64,000 nucleotides of DNA from Rotaria socialis. Taxonomy: Eukaryota. This document shows, in pieces, positions 62,401-64,000 of this stretch. The DNA lies in the NCBI GenBank assembly GCA_905331295.1, contig CAJNYD010000584.1, forward strand, positions 1 through 64,000, given 5' to 3'. Below the pieces are notes generated by a model. The model saw only the letters and a list, made by a program, of their open reading frames with translations. It did no database searches and was not told the DNA's origin. The position numbers and the translations under genes were made by a program. Each line of letters starts with the position of its first letter. The stretch's first letter is position 1.

Positions 62401-64000
62401 TTCATTGAAAATTTGATGACTTACTTTAGTTCGAGTTGACTAACTAAAGATTAGCCGTATTTGTAATATTTTCAATGTTATGAAACTGTTCGCGTTGTTA
62501 GTCTTTGATGTAGCTTCAACTTATTCAAATATACATATTATACAAATGTTCTGATGGTCAATATAACTCCTCAATATACCCTAAACATTAGATGGATTGA
62601 TATCGTTTTATAGTGATAGTAAAATAGTACTATAGAAAGGCCACTCAGAACGCATCATCCATTGCACTGGTATTTATACACCACATACCAGTATATCATC
62701 GCACTAGTCGGTTTTACGCGCATTTGTTTCAAGTCATTGAACTTCTTCGTGATCCTCTTTTAGTTCGAGAAACACATTAAACAGTTTCACTTTAGTTTCT
62801 GGATTGTTTTTTTTGCTAGTTTCTTGTAAAACTCTTTGGTCACCATTTGAAGTGTTCTTCAACATCGTTGAACAGACGTACTTTGAATATGAGCTTACCC
62901 ACCCAAATACTATTTTGCAGTTGACTGAGTCATTAGAGACAGGTCGTGAGCAGTTTTTTCATTTTTGTTTATGCGATCAAAACGAAAACCCATCACACAA
63001 CCTCAAGATAGTGCACAAGGAAACTGTTCCTATGACTGTTTACTCATTTATATTGAATATACCTAACTCTCTGATCAAGAGTCGAAAGTTCTGAATAATT
63101 GATTTTTGTTGGAATAGAAATTGACATTTAAGTAGAAAATCCATCGATTTTCAATTGAAAATATGACCCTGAGCAATCAACGAACGAGAAAATTCTTTCC
63201 ATTTTCGTTTGTTTTACTGCTTAAGCTTTTTGCATGCATTCTTTACTTTTCTTTGATTTTATAAAAACCAAAAAAGTCATATCTTTAACGAATGATTCGA
63301 CTAATAAGAACTATACACTTGCTGTAGTACAAAAGTTCTCATTAAGCGACGCGATGATCTAGAGTACCGTAAATGATAGAAAATCCATTCAAACTAGATA
63401 TGAAAGTAACGAGATCGAACTTGTTACATCATTGTTCGGATCATCGATCCAAAATTCCGTCCACTCACAAATGTTGTTCCAAAATAACGAAAATGAAAGG
63501 AGTTCGTCGTTTTCAAAATTCGAGATAATTAAAATGATGTCATCAACAAATGCTAGCCACTAGTGTATTCGCTCACAGCTGATAATAGATATTGAATCAT
63601 TGAGATAATTAAATGTTCAATCGAAGTCGTTCTATAGAAACACGCTCATAAACCTTGATAGAGTTCTCGTAGCGATAGATTCGACAATAGCTGCTCTGAG
63701 TGTATTTTAAATTTCAATCATCTGCTCCATTCAAATCTTTTTTGTTTTTTTATTACAACTTCTGAAGACAGGAAAATGTGTATATTCCAAGCGAATATGA
63801 AACTAATCAGGTCAAAACGATGTCTAATTAATTTTAAGATGAGAGGTGTCACATATCCGAAATATCGGGAATGCTGGAGATGCCAAGGGAGACGCCGACA
63901 TACAAAACTATAACTAACAGATAATACAAATACTATGCGTATGTAAAATTATTTAAGCGCATTCTGTGTCTCACGCAGAGACGTCGCATCTTCGGGGAAC

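Noticed and set aside
62657..62668. ATCCATTGCACT resembling U1 snRNA loop II
   Set aside because: No U1 5' end (ATACTTACCTG), stems or Sm site around it; chance match.
61000..64000. Short ORFs at the right end (61044-61289, 62028-62222, 62804-63094)
   Set aside because: No motifs and no consistent exon chain.

Overview
AT-rich eukaryotic genomic DNA with short (~50-60 nt) GT-AG introns. It is most likely from a bdelloid rotifer (inference from the NHL-repeat and F-box/LRR family genes, a near match to the bdelloid spliced-leader exon, TGTGGG telomere-type repeats and bacterial-like enzymes). The window has two regimes. (1) About 1-26 kb is a decayed, transposon-rich zone: an NHL-repeat gene, a spliced-leader (SL) RNA gene-like locus, a gephyrin (MogA+MoeA) pseudogene broken by four TIR/foldback insertions (one itself carrying a nested MITE), interstitial telomere-like repeats, one intact and two decayed F-box/LRR genes, and several hAT-type MITEs with 8-bp target-site duplications (TSDs). 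(2) About 28-60 kb is gene-dense with no recognisable TEs: a class A GPCR, a Cys-rich type I membrane protein, a bacterial-like CaiB/BaiF CoA-transferase with one intron, a ~990-aa disordered protein ending in a PDZ ligand, a 200-aa orphan, RPL22 with an H1-like N-terminal extension, an intronless secreted metallo-beta-lactamase-fold protein, an OATP/SLCO transporter and a triple chitin-binding-domain protein. All exon models were spliced by hand and all family calls are from motif recognition; no database search was run.
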